Origin: Leucoraja ocellata
Lineage: Eukaryota
Reading direction: 5' to 3'
DNA: 64,000 nucleotides
Assembly: GCA_036785375.1 (NCBI GenBank)
Contig: JAWMAR010000231.1
Location: 2,666,001 to 2,730,000, forward strand
The notes below the pieces were generated by a model. That model did no database searches and had not been told where the DNA came from. It saw only the letters and a program-made list of their open reading frames with translations. Both the position numbers and the translations under genes were made by a program. Below are positions 37,701 through 51,200 of this stretch, piece by piece. The first letter of the stretch is position 1. The number at the start of each line of letters is the position of its first letter.

Positions 37701-40700
37701 AAGGGCAATAAACATTCATAGTCCGCTACAGATACTTTGATTGAACAAATAATACACTGAAGACACTCAGCAGGTCGAGCAGCACCTGTGAGTGGACAAA
37801 AATAGTCAACGTTTCATAGAAACATGGAAACATAGAAAATAGGTGCAGGAGTAGGCCATTCGGCCCTTCGAGCCGGCACCGCCATTCAATATGATCATGG
37901 CTGATCATCCAACTCATTATCCTGTAACTGCTTTCTCTCCATACCCCCTGATCCCTTTAGCCACAAGGGCCACATCTAACTCCCTCTTAAATATAGCCAA
38001 TGAACTGGCCTCAACTACCTTCTGTGGCAGAGAATTCCACAGATTCACCACTCTCTGTGTAAAAAACGATTTTCTCATCTCGGCCCTAAAAGACTTCCCT
38101 CTTATCCTTAAACTGTGACCCCCTAGTTCTGGACTTCCCCAACATCGGGGAACTTCCCCAACATTCCTCAATAATCTTCCTGCATCTAGCCTGTCCAACC
38201 CCTTAAGGATTTTGTAAGTTTTTATAAGATCCCCCTTCAATCTTCTAAATTCTAGCGAGTACAAGCCGAATCTATCCAGTCTTTCTTCATATGAAAGTTC
38301 TGCCATCCCAGGAATCAGTCTGGTGAACCTTCTCTGTACTCCCTCTATGGCAAGAATGTCTTTCCTCAGATTAGGAGACCAAAACTGTACGCAATACTCC
38401 AGGTGTGGTCTCACCAAGACCCTGGACAACTGTAGTAGAACCTCCCTGCTCTTATACTCAATCCTTTCGGGTCAAGAATCTGCATCAGGCCCTTTATATT
38501 TTGGAAGTGTGCGAGAGATGATGTCTGACCCAGCATCAAGGCAGAGGTCAGCCTGTCAGACTGCACGGCACCTCCTGGTCTGCAGGTCTGATGACGAGGT
38601 TGGAATTGGTGCAAAGTGAACGGAGCATTGCGTGTTCGGAGGGGTGAGGCCAAAATGGATGAGGGGAGTGGAGAAGTCACGCCAGTTGATGTCGCAATGG
38701 CATTTGGAGATGAAATGGTCAAAGAGGGTAAGAGGTCCGATCGGGAAGTCCAGGAGGAAGAGTATTGAAGACTCGAGAAGAGGGGTCCTTGCCAGGAAGA
38801 AGGGTGGAAACAGACGACAGAAGAAGTGATCAACATTTCCATCGTGTTCCTGGTATTGGATTAGCACAGATGTCAGAGGTTATGGGGAGAAGGCACGAGA
38901 ATGTGGTTAGGAGGGAGAGGTAGATCAGCTATGAGTGAATGGTGTAGACTTGATGGGCTGAATGGCCTAATTCTACTACTATTCCTTATGTGTATTGCAA
39001 AAATCAGGAGCATCTAATATTCAGGGAATTGGGTACTTCAAAAGGACATGCTTTTCTAATGCAGGCTGCTCTGTTCCACAAAGTACAGATAATTAATAGA
39101 TACGCCTGAATTGGGCCTCAGGTTGGAGGTGGGGTAGCAGAAAGAATATCAAAAGTCTGATCAGAGCTTGGAAGTCATGGAGTGCTGTGAAGTGCCTTTC
39201 TGGGACAGCGGTTGGGGTGGAGCAGATGTGCAGTGGGCAGAATGGCCGACTCCTGGACCTATTGTCAGTGGGGAGAGCCAGGCGGTCACGGTGGCACAGC
39301 GGTAGAGTTGCTGCCTTACAGCGAATGCAGTGCTGGACACCCAGGTTCAATCCCGACTACGGGTGCTGTCTGTATGGAGTTTGTACGCTCTCCCCATGAT
39401 CTGCGCGGGTTTTCTCCGAGATCTTCGGTTTCGTCCCACACTCCAAAGACATACAGGTTTGTAGGTTAATTGGTTTGGTAAATGTAAAAACTGTCCCTAG
39501 TAGGTGTAGGATACTTCCAGTATAGTCCCTGGTTGACTCTTCGGGAGTGATGACCACAAGACAAGACAAGAATTAATTCTAAGGAATCTACCCCAAGTCA
39601 GGTTCCTGGCATTTGTCTAAGACCTGTTTATATCACATCCCAGGAGTGCATGGCAAATGCACCTTGGAATAGTATGAGTCAATTTGCACCTTGGAATAGC
39701 ATGAGTCAATGCATAGGGAGTCACTCCATTATATTAGATATAACAAGGGAATCATGACATTGGTGGAAGTGGAGTTTGTAAATTCATGAACCCGACTACA
39801 ATTAAACCTGGAAATGATAATAAAGTTGCACTCTACTCTGGAAAGTTTTATTTTTTGGTGTTGAGAAAGAGAAAGGTTCATAAATGGACCCAAGGGTTAA
39901 AATTTGAGTATCTATAAACCTAAAAGTGGGTTTTCACTCCGAGGGACAATGTAAAATGATTTAATCCAAATCAGCAAACTGGATTGGATTGGATTGGATT
40001 CCTTTATTGTCATTTCGGTCTGAACGAAATTTTGTTGCCTGCTGTCATACATATAATAAATAACAAAAAATACAATAAACACAAATTAACATCCACCACA
40101 GTGAGTTCACCAGGCACCTCCTCACTGTGATGGAGGCAAAAGTCTTAAAGTCTCTGTCTCTGGCAGGATAAGAAGTAATTTGTGAATTGTTGTAACCATT
40201 TTTCACTGTCACACAATGTCAAAATCTTCTTCACTGAAAGAGGCCAGAGCTTCAGCTTCACAGTAAAAATATTTACAAAACATTCTTCTTTCAAAGACTG
40301 TCAAGATCTCTTTGCAACTTTGGTTTCTTAAATAAAATTGTGCTGCAGGACAATCAGAGTAACTTATTACTATGAATTTATAGCTGAAATTTCACAAAAC
40401 GTTAACACTTACTCTGAGTTTACTGACCGGGTGATGAATGTCTTTGTTGGCACTCACTTCTTTGAGTATGATGGGATAAAACTGCCCCTTATTGAGGTAT
40501 GTCATTGTCCCATCGCCTGTCTTCTGTTTAAGGGACTTCAAGGCTTCCAATACATATTCAAATGTACTTTATAAAACACAAAATAAAATATCAAATCAAA
40601 TATTCAATCCTAACAATATGACAAAAATTAAGGTAGTACGAAGGTATGTCACCAGCCTAAACAGAATATTAGCCTCTCTGAGGTATTCTTGATTGGTAGC

Positions 40701-42256
40701 TCATCATATTGTCCAGGACACTGACTAACATGCCCAAGAGTCCACCTTTCTCAGGCTTTAAGTGCCATTTTGAAACCCATTCGACAGCCAATGGTCTGCA
40801 CACAGCATTTCTAATTAGATTCTCTCTTCTGCAAAAAGAGATTCCTAAAATAATATACAAATTAAAAAACGGTAATTTGCCCATTAAACCTTGGCACAGT
40901 CTGTATATAATCCTTCTCTCCAGCTACAAGACAAAGTTCTATATAACACATGGTATTGTTGGCTGCATACATTAGATAATGTCCCTAAATCACCATCGTA
41001 ATAGTTAAGGCATGACTGAAATTATTGATATATTTTAAAAACAAATATTGTTAATACATGCGTCTATTCATCTCCCATCACACATATATTATTTCAAGTA
41101 TTTACCTCGTTCGATCAAATTGATATTCCTCTGCATCTAAAGCGGGCATTCGAATGTGAAGATCAGTAGGAAAACCAAACACATGCTGATGAAACAAAAC
41201 AATGAATTTGTGTTTCCATCAGAATTTAAAAGTAGATTGTATTCCATACACAATAAAAACAAATTATCTATTTTTGCAAAATAGATTTCATTACATTATT
41301 AATAGTGTTTTCAGTAGCATTTTAACTAGCTCAAGTTTGGCTTTAAGCCAGAAATAAGGTACTGATGGACAAATCCAAAAAGCCACTTCAACCACTGAAA
41401 GTGCATTAAGTCTCACTCACTACATCATGTAGTGGTCGTAAAATATTATAGGTGGCTATTCCGCAAGTACCTATTTTCAGATGCATCAATGTTCATATTT
41501 AATTATTTCTTGGACAGTAAAGATCATGTGATGCAATTTGAAGAAAATTGGTAGTTCTCCCATCAATATCCTTCTCACCACCAAAATTGATTTGGCTGTT
41601 TTATGTCTGAAGGGTCTCGACCTGAAACATTACCCATTCCTTCTCTTCAGAGATGCTGCCTGTCCCGCTGAGATACTCCAGCTTTTTGTGTATCTTTTGT
41701 GTATCTTTGGCTGTTTTATAACTATGTTGGGTTTTTTTAGAGACTATAGTTGTTGCTTTTGAACATGTTATAGAACAGCAATTGCACTTTAAAGTATTTC
41801 AGTGCATTTGGAGAGCCTTATGTCCAATGTGAAGGGATACGCAGAATCTCATTGCACCTCCCAGTGGTGTAGCTCTGGTTTGTCTATAATTTCTGTTTAC
41901 CATTGACATCATCATATACCTGTAACGATAACATTCTTACATATTCCGGTTGACATTTTTCCCGTCGAGGCCAGGATCATCTTACCTGAACATTTCATCC
42001 TTTATTTATTGACTTATTACAGATTATTGGAAATCGTCAAAAGACTCAGTGCCGTCTCACACACAGAATCTTCCATGTGCTTCCAGTGACGTCACCCCCC
42101 CAGGTTATTCATAGAAACATAGAAATTAGATGCAGTAGGCCATTCGGCCCTTCGAGCCTGCACCGCCTTTCAATATGATCATGGCTGATCATCCAACTCA
42201 GTATCAAAACAGAAACCCAAGCTCCAAAAGGCACCAATCTCCCCTCTCCCTGTCCT

Positions 42257-42289
<33 letters not shown>

Positions 42290-45200
42290 GCCCTCTCTCT
42301 CCCCCCCTCTCTCTCTCTCTACCCCCCTCCCTCGCCCACTCTAGCCGCGCAAGCGCGGTTGGGGCTAAGCGTGAGTGGATAGGGCCGGGGATGGGGTAAA
42401 AGGAGCGAATGAATAATATTAATATAATATCAAGGGGGGAGTTAGTGTGTGTGACGCCGCAGGGAGGGAGGGGGGGGGGGGGGAGGGGAGGGGGTGACTG
42501 ATGTAAGTGTTCCAAGGAATCACAGCTAATGAAAGCCACTGCCCATGGTGAATTTCCATCCCTGTGTTACCAGAAGGGTTCTCAACACCTTGCCAAAACA
42601 ATTTGGTGGGTGACAGAAATCCCAAAGAAACAGCTCAAATGGCTGTTTATGTTGTTTCTCCAATATTTACCAGTGGGACATGCAGCATCTACGGAGAGAA
42701 GGAATGGGTAACATTTCAGGTCGAGACCCTTCTTCAGACCCGAAAAGTCACCCATTCCTTCTTCCTAGAGATGCTGCCTGTCCCGCTGAGTTACTCCAGC
42801 ATTTTGTGTCTATCTTCGGTTTAAACCAACATCTGCTGTTCCTTCCTACACACCTCAATAGACAATAGACAATGTTTATACTGGTTTTCTGTTAAAGTAA
42901 CAATATGAAATCAGAAATTGTAACCTAAACATGTCAGACTACATTTGATGTGCAGAGACGACTGTGTGCATTCAACAAATGAGAAATGTCAGGGCATGCA
43001 GAATGGGTTTTGGCTGCCTAGCATCATGTGTTTACCTGGACTCATGTGCATTTGAAGGTAAAACTGAAAGACAACAGACGATTGCATTTTGGTTTGTGTG
43101 TTTAAAAATATTTAAAGTATGAACATTGCAGACTGTAGATGCTGGAATTTCGAGCAGTAAGCAAGCTGCTGGAGGAACTCAGCAGGTCAGGTAGAAACTG
43201 TAGAGGGAAATTGGACAGACAATGTTTTCAGACTGATGCAGTCTATTCCTTTCCCTCCACTGATGCTGCCTGACCTCCCGAGTTCCTCCAGCAGCTTGCT
43301 TTTTAATAAGTGTTGAATGTGTCAGAGAATCGATGCATCAATGCATAGTTAATCTTAATTTAGTACATTAAGACTAAGTTTAAAACAAGCCTAAAATTGG
43401 GCAAAGATTAAATAATTTCTCTTGCTTCGGAAAGAACTGCAGATGATGGTTTACACCGAAGATAGACACAAAATGCTGGAGTAACTCAGCGGGACAGGCA
43501 GCATCTCTGGAGAGAAGGAATGTGTGACGTTTCGGGTCGAGACCCTGCTTCAGACTGAGAGTAAGCGGAGAGGTAGACACAGAGATAAGGAAGTGTAAGG
43601 TGTGAAAATGACACATCAAAAGAGATGCGGTTCAAGGAAAAGAATAGATCATTGTTAGCTAGGAGAAGGTGACAACGAAGCAGAGATAAAAAAAATTATT
43701 CACGGCGACAGTCAGATTGGTCGGAGAACTAGTAAAGGGGAGGTACACAAAATTGCTGGAGAAACTCAGTGGGTGCAGCAGCATCTATGGAGCGAAGGAA
43801 ATAGGCGACGTTTCGGGCCGAAACCCTTCTTCAGACTGATGTAAAGGGGAGGGATGGAGAAGGAGGGAAACCATGGGTTACTTGAAGTTTGAGAAGTCAA
43901 TATTCATATTGCTGGGGTGTAAGCTACCCAAGCAAAATATGAGGTGATCTTCCTGCAATTTGTGCTGGGCCTCACTCTGACAATGGAGGAGGCCCAAGAC
44001 AGAAAGGTCAGTGTGGGAATGGGAGGGGGAGTTAAAGTGTTCACCAACTTGGAGATCAGGTAGGTGAATATCTCTTTATTGTCAATAACTGAACTGATGC
44101 ATGATGACATAAATGCACAAGATAAAATGTACATCCATATGCAAATTCATGGCTAAATCATTGATTTATTTTCTATTTGGCAGGTTGATGGGTCATGTCT
44201 ATGTATTCCTGGGACAAGAATGAATGGGCCATAGAGTAAGTAAATGCTATATAGTTATTTATTATTGAAGTACATGATTACCGTAACTGGTTGCAGTTGT
44301 ACAGAGCTCTAGTGAGACCACTCCTGGAGTATTGTGTGCAGTTTTGGTCCCCTAATTTGAGGAAGGACATTCTTGCTTTAGAGGAAGTGCAGCGTAGGTT
44401 TACAAGATTAATTCCCGGGATGGCAGGATTGTCATATGCTGAGAGAATGGAGCAGCTGGGCTTGTACACTCTGGAGTTTAGGAGGATGAGAGGGAATCTC
44501 AATGAAACATATAAGATTGTTAAGTGTTTGGACACGCTAGAGGCAGGAAACATGTTCCCGATGTTGGGGGAGTCCAGAACCAGGAGCCACAGTTTAAGAA
44601 TAAGGAGTAAGCCATTTAGAACGGAGACGAGGAAACACCTTTTCTCACAGAGAATGTTGAGTCTGTGGAAATTCTCTGCCTCAGAGGGCGGTGGAGGCAG
44701 GTTCTCTGGATGCCTTCAAGGGAGAACTAGATAAGGCTCTTAAAAATAGCAGAGTCAGGGCATATGGGGAGAACGGGGTACTGATTGGGGATGATCAGCC
44801 ATGATCATATTGAATGGCAGTGCTGGCTTGAAGGGCCAAATGGCCTACTCCTGCACCTATTGTCTATTGGTTGCAAGAGGGGCCCTCATGTAGTCAGACT
44901 AGGAAAGTTCTGGCTAATTATAGCGTTTGAATATTATTGCTACATCTAATGATATAATTGTACCATATTACAAAATCAGAAGTGAATGTCAACCACTGAA
45001 TAATCTTAATCAGACACCACCAACACCAACCATTTGTATTTAAGCCGTGGATCGGCTCAGGAACATCAGCAGGACATAATTTAAAAAAGCCGGGAAACAC
45101 AACGAATAGCCATGTTTCAATGGTTGATTGATGAACAGAAGCTTGGTCACAAGGTATGCTTTAAGGAGCGTCTTAAAGGATGAACTACTGAGGTTGAAGA

Positions 45201-48200
45201 GATTGGGAAGGAATTCCATGTTTTCGGACCTTGCAGTAGAAAGTACAGTTGCCAGTGGTGAAGCAATTAAAACTGGAGATGTGAAAGAGGTGAATTTGGA
45301 CAGAGAGCAGATCTCTCATAGTCATAACTAACACAAAAGTCTCCAGGGATAGCAAGCCAGAAAGCCATGGAATCTTTGGAGAGATCTGAGAATGAATGTA
45401 GAATGGCAGGGATCCAACATAGGACAGTCACCATGTGGGCAAGTAGAACATGGAGCAACTTAAAATGTGGGCAGCAGAGCTTTGGATTGCGGTCGACATA
45501 CACACCAACGTTTGACTTGCCATTTCTGGATTGCATGGTATCGGGTTGCTACCCGAACCAATCCACTTCCAAAGGGTCGAGTCTCTGTACTTTGGCAAGC
45601 CTGGCTGCAACAGAAACTCCTACCCATCTCCTTTCTAAAGGCATGTTCATAATAAAAGGACATCTTTAGAAAGGACATGAGGAGGGATTTTTTTAGTCGG
45701 AGGGTAGTGAATCTGTGGAATTCATTGGCGCAGAAGGCTATGGGGGGGCCAAGTCAATGGATATTTTTAAGACAGAGATTGACATATTCTTGATTAGTGC
45801 AAGTGTCGGAGGTTATGGGGAGAAGGCAGGAGAATGGGGTTGAAAGAGAGATAGATCGGCCATGATTGAATGGCGGAGTAGACTTGATGGGCCGAATGGC
45901 CAAATTCTGCTCATAACTTATGAATTTATGATGCATAGCTGCATGGGCCAGAGCAAGCCTCTCTGCAAATTGGCTGGAAAAGGTTTTGACAGCCAGCTGG
46001 TAAATATTTCAAGACTTTGAATGCTTCTTGATGAAACTACCATTCAGGACCGTTCAAAGCCTATTATAAATTAATTAAACCACTGAAGCATTGAAACATT
46101 TTACTAAGTGGTTTTTAATCACTTAAACAAGAACAATTAAGATTAAATCAAACAATTAATTTAAATGTGTAAATGATCTTTTACATTCCATTGTCGCCTG
46201 CAACATTGCCTCTCCTTTCAAGTAAATAGCACAGCTGTGCCAACGCCAGGGCCTAACCTATCACAGGTTGAGTGGGCAGGTTCCCCAGCCCAACTGCAGG
46301 GAAATTGCCATGAGTTTGTATTCATGAGGATTCTAACGCCAGAGTGCCACAAGCCAGTCACCAGTGGAGCTCAGTCAGCACATTCGCGATTCACCCACAG
46401 TACAGGAGCCCAACTAACAATCCACATGGAGCGAGAGCCACCTACATCTCTCAGTAAATTCTAGTCTGGTGTTCCTCCCGCCATTTTCTTTCCTCAAATG
46501 TGCCAGGCAGAAGTAAACCACAACTCCAATGGTGTGTCTGATGCAGGCACATTGATTAGACTTCATGAAGTCTTGAAGGAACAATGCTCAAACTTTTATT
46601 TTGAGCTATTGGGACATTATCAAATCCAATGGTATCCCCAGTTATTTGTTTTCCCCACAACACATTCAATTAAAAAAAATCAACCCAAGTTATCTTAAAA
46701 GCCACTTTGTTACTTTCGCAAGAGGATTTTATGTTATGAATCACTCAGAAATAAGCAGGTCAGCTATTGCATAAGTGCAACAATTTCTTTCAAGATATAA
46801 ATTAACAATACTAGAGAGTATACACAAAGTGCTGGGTCAGGCAGCATCTGTGGAGGAAAGGAACAGACAATGTTTCCATCAGGGCCCTTCTTCAGACTGA
46901 TATTAGAGTTAATGGCTTCTCCTCCTCATCTTCCTCCTCCTCATCTCCCCCTCCCCTCCCCCCTCCCCCCTCCCCCCTCCCCCCTCCCCCTTCATCTCTC
47001 CCTCACCCCCTCCACCAACCCCTCTCCCCCTCCCCAACTCACTTCAGATTCTCGTCTGGAAGCCTTTTGACATATATAAGAGATATAACTCAATAAGTTA
47101 ACCAACCATTTCAACTGGGACGAGAAGAGGAGTGGTGTTTGGTATGGAACATACACAGTGTATGTAGTAGGCAGACCTAAGCTTCATTGTATTTATCTTG
47201 TTTGCTTTTACTGAACTAATTGGAGCTGTATGCCCAGCTGGGAATTTTGCCTGTATGTTTATCAAACCCACTTGCCAGCAAAAGACTGGTCATTATGATA
47301 AGTGCCATTGGTTCCCCCAAATAAAATTTGCTGTGTCTGCGATGTACCCACACAACAGGCAGAGAAGCAAGACAAGCTGTGCAACATTCCAATGTCTTTA
47401 GACATTTGCAATGAGATAATTATTCAAGTAATTACACAAGGGGAAGCCAGCTGTCCACAAATGGGCAAAAGAATGTAGGTGCAGAGGGGTAAGGAAGAGC
47501 ATATAAGAGGAGGCATCACAATGATCCTGGAGGTACAGTGAGTGAAATTCATCTGAGAAAAGCAGACAATAGAAATTTAGTTGCAAAACCATACAAAGGT
47601 CACAGTGGAATGGAGGCCATTTGGCCCATCAAGTCCTTGTTGGCTTTATACATTTGCAGTTCAGATATTCACACAAGCATGCATTTTATTTTTAGAAATT
47701 TAAAACAAGATTGCAAATGCTTTAAATCTAACAGAAAAACAGAAACTGTTGAAAGAATCAGCTGGTCAGATAGTTTAGTTTATTTAGTTTAGTTCAGTAT
47801 CAGTGGAAAGGGAAAATAAGCTAATGCTTCAGATCAGGGAGAGAGAAAAGAGTTGTTTTTTTCTGTGGTGAAGAGATGGATAGAACAAAGAGGATATCCG
47901 TGAAATCAAATAGCTTAATGTGGTACAAAAACAAGAAATGCTGGAATAAAATCAGCAGCATCTTTGGAAAGAGAAGCAGTTAATGTTTTGGATCTCTAAC
48001 CTTTCCACAGATCTGTCTTTTCTGTTTTTATTTCAGATTTGCAACCATCTGAAGATTGTATTTATTTTTGTGTATTGGTTGTTGTGACAGTTGGAAGCAG
48101 ATTATATTCATTTGTCTGTGCTGTGTGCAGCTAATGGCAGTGATGTGGGACATGCCCAGTAGACCCGCCTGTACAGTTTCTCTCCGTTGTGGTAGAACCA

Positions 48201-51200
48201 GTTCTTTACATCATGTTTCATCATTCTTTGAACCTGTACTGTATTTATAAAGCCCAGGATCCGGTATGCCTTTCCAATCACTTTTAAAACCTGCTTTGAC
48301 ATCTACGCTAATTCATGTGCATAAATTAAATGCAAATTCTTGATCTCATTTACTTACCTTGTAGTTTACTATCCTTTCTAGTTCTGGGTTGTTGGTGCCT
48401 TGTTTTAACATCTCCTTATTTCCAAATTGGTTGCAAATTGTCGGCAGGGCTATGGATTTATTACAGTTTTCCGATGCATCTCCGGTTCTCATTTTTGTTC
48501 CCTTTCCAATAACCCCCTCGCCCTCCATCACCCATTTTTGCCCCCCTTGTTCCATTTACTCACTAACCCCACAGTTTATCCATTAACTCTCCCACTCCCC
48601 CAATCTGGTTCTGGTTCCATCTGCCCTTCACCTCTTTCCCAATGGCTCTCATTATCACCTTCCTTACTTGCCAGATGCAAGCACAGGTGGTCACAACGCA
48701 CTCAGAGCTACCACAATGTTCACCCTCCTGTCGCCTCACCTGGAATCCATCTGTTTTTCATTTCTACTTCCATTTACCATCCACCTGTCTCTGTGTCACA
48801 ACTCCACCCCTCCCCTTCCCCTACCCAAGCTCCATCTGTAGGTCCAGGATATTGAGTTGGATGATCAGCCATGATCATATTGAATGGCAGTGCAGGCTCG
48901 AAGGGCCAAATGGCATACTTCTGCACCTATTTTCTATGTTTCTATCTGCCCATTATTCCTCACCCCCTCTTCAGCCCACAATCACCTACTAGCCACCATC
49001 TCACCACTCACCCTCTCCATTTTATACTGGCTATCCTCCCTCCCCATTCTCAGATCTGATGAAGGATTGTTGGCCCTAAATATTCACAATTTCTTTCCAT
49101 CCTTGGATGCTACATCCAAAAGATTGTTTGTTACTCAAGGGTTTGTTCTTGGTTTTGAACTTCCACCGATGTTGAATTTACCACGTTAAGATTTACTGGT
49201 TCCTAGTTACACCCTGTAAGAAGAATACTTTGGCGGCTTCAAAGAATAGAACTGAAGGTTGTGCGATACACTGGAAAAGGTAGGTTCACTGGATCAGCTC
49301 CTTCCACCCAAGGTAGGGTAGTATCACAGACAAAAACATGTCACTCATACTGCAGGCCCAGAGCAGTATTAACACCACATTTGCTCCCTGCCCTTAAGAC
49401 AACTGGAGTTAAATGTGAGCCACTTTCATGTTCATATGTTATAGGGGCAGAATTAGACCATTCAGCCCATCAAGTCTACTTCATCCTTCAATCATGGCTG
49501 ATCTATCCTTCCCTCTCGACCCCATTCCTTCCATCATAACATCGGGAAAGAAAGTCCTAACGGTTACACATTATTGTACAATAAATAAATGAACATTTTG
49601 ATTACCTCTTGAGATCCTTCCTTGAACGTCTCTGTGTAGGTGGTGTCAGGAGTCCTTCTTTGCGACGATTGTGCGTTTGAGGTGAAGTGGTCAGTGTGCA
49701 TATTCCGGTCATAGATGACGGTGCGCTCAGGATGTTCACCACTATAGGATGCCAGAGGTATTCCCACCGAGTAGTTATTTGGGTGGGATTCCGTCTTGAT
49801 GGAATGGGGTGGTACAGTTGTAACGGAGACCATGACAGTGGTGTCTGGGGCGGTGAAGTGGTTCACTTTCTCGTGTCCAACAGTGTGGTTGGGCAACACC
49901 AAATTGACCGGCAAAACTCTCAGCTGTTGCACTCGGCTGTCTGCTGTGGATATAACCGACTGGTCGGCTGCAGACGACATGGAGTTCCTTGAATGCAAAA
50001 ATATTATTTTTAAGTATATTATGGAGGATTGATGACATTGCAAATCGCCTATCGAAATTAATTGCCAACTCCCTCATCTTATTTATATATATATTTATAT
50101 ATAATTACATCTTCTCCAGCCAACACAGTGTGGCGGCTCCCAAGGGTCGGGCCATCCTAACTGTCAAACCCCTCGGCACGGGAATGGTTCAGTCCGGAGG
50201 CGGCCCTTAACCAGAGGGTTTAATGGCAGGGGATTGGGTGCCATCTTTCTCTCGTGGACTTCCCTACTGCCGGGAGGAACACAAATAAAGGTGCCTCTCG
50301 AAATACCAGCCTCCTCTCTTTCGTTTCGAGACCTACGCACCACAACAGTGCTATTATGGAGGAAAGAAAATAACTTTAAAAGTCTTCGTTAAAGCTTTAG
50401 TTTATAAGATTTATTCACAATTCCAAGTAGTATTAAAGGTCTCCTCATGATTTAGATAACATAGGATGATAACTACAATGCTACTCCCTCTGATTAATCA
50501 ATGTACTGGATGGAATATTGTAATGGAAGACTTAAATATCATATATGTACTTAAATCACGGACTAATTTAACATCAATTTGTCGATCTATTGTCATTCTT
50601 ACAGATTGAGTGTGTTTAACAGGACACAGCTTGGTTCAGTAACACAAGCAGTAGAAAGCAAGAAGTTGCTCAAACAAGTCTCAGCCAAATCTGTTAGACT
50701 TAAGTTTAAGTTTAGTTTAAGTTTAGAGATACAGCGCGAAAACAGGCCCTTGGGCCCACCCAGTCCACGAGGGCCAGCAATCCCCGCACACTAACATCAT
50801 CCAACACACCCAACCGGGACAATTTACAATCTTTTCCGAAGCCAATTAACCAACAAACCTGGACGTCTTTGGATTGTGGGAGGAAACCGGAGATCCCTGA
50901 GAAAACTCACTCGGCTCACGAGGAGAATGTACAAACTCCGTACAGGCAGCACCCATAATCAGGATTGAACCCGGGTGTCTACTGCTGTGCCACCGTGCTG
51001 GTGGGTGAGAATTGTTAGTTCTCAACTAGGCTTCCAGGTGGAGTGTCACAATATGGGAGGCATTGTATATCAGATAAAGGGGGGGGGGGGGGGGTTACAA
51101 AAGCCTAATGTTGTCTGCTCACCCTGTTTGAATTGTGCCTCCTTCTGGACGATCATAAATCATCATTGATATTGGCTGTGAAGGAGGCAGCATGCCAGTT

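Larger units (their letters stand above)
43430..44060 (-). mobile_element. Penelope-like element 3' portion (GIY-YIG endonuclease C-terminus, 3' UTR, terminus)
   Basis: Minus strand ~44040-43880 reads [53 protein letters not shown]; followed by the hammerhead-bearing terminus. Confidence 0.85.

Noticed and set aside
49687-50210. Several overlapping ORFs around exon 4
   Set aside because: Alternate or antisense frames of the GC-richer GRHL1 exon 4, with no independent coding signal.
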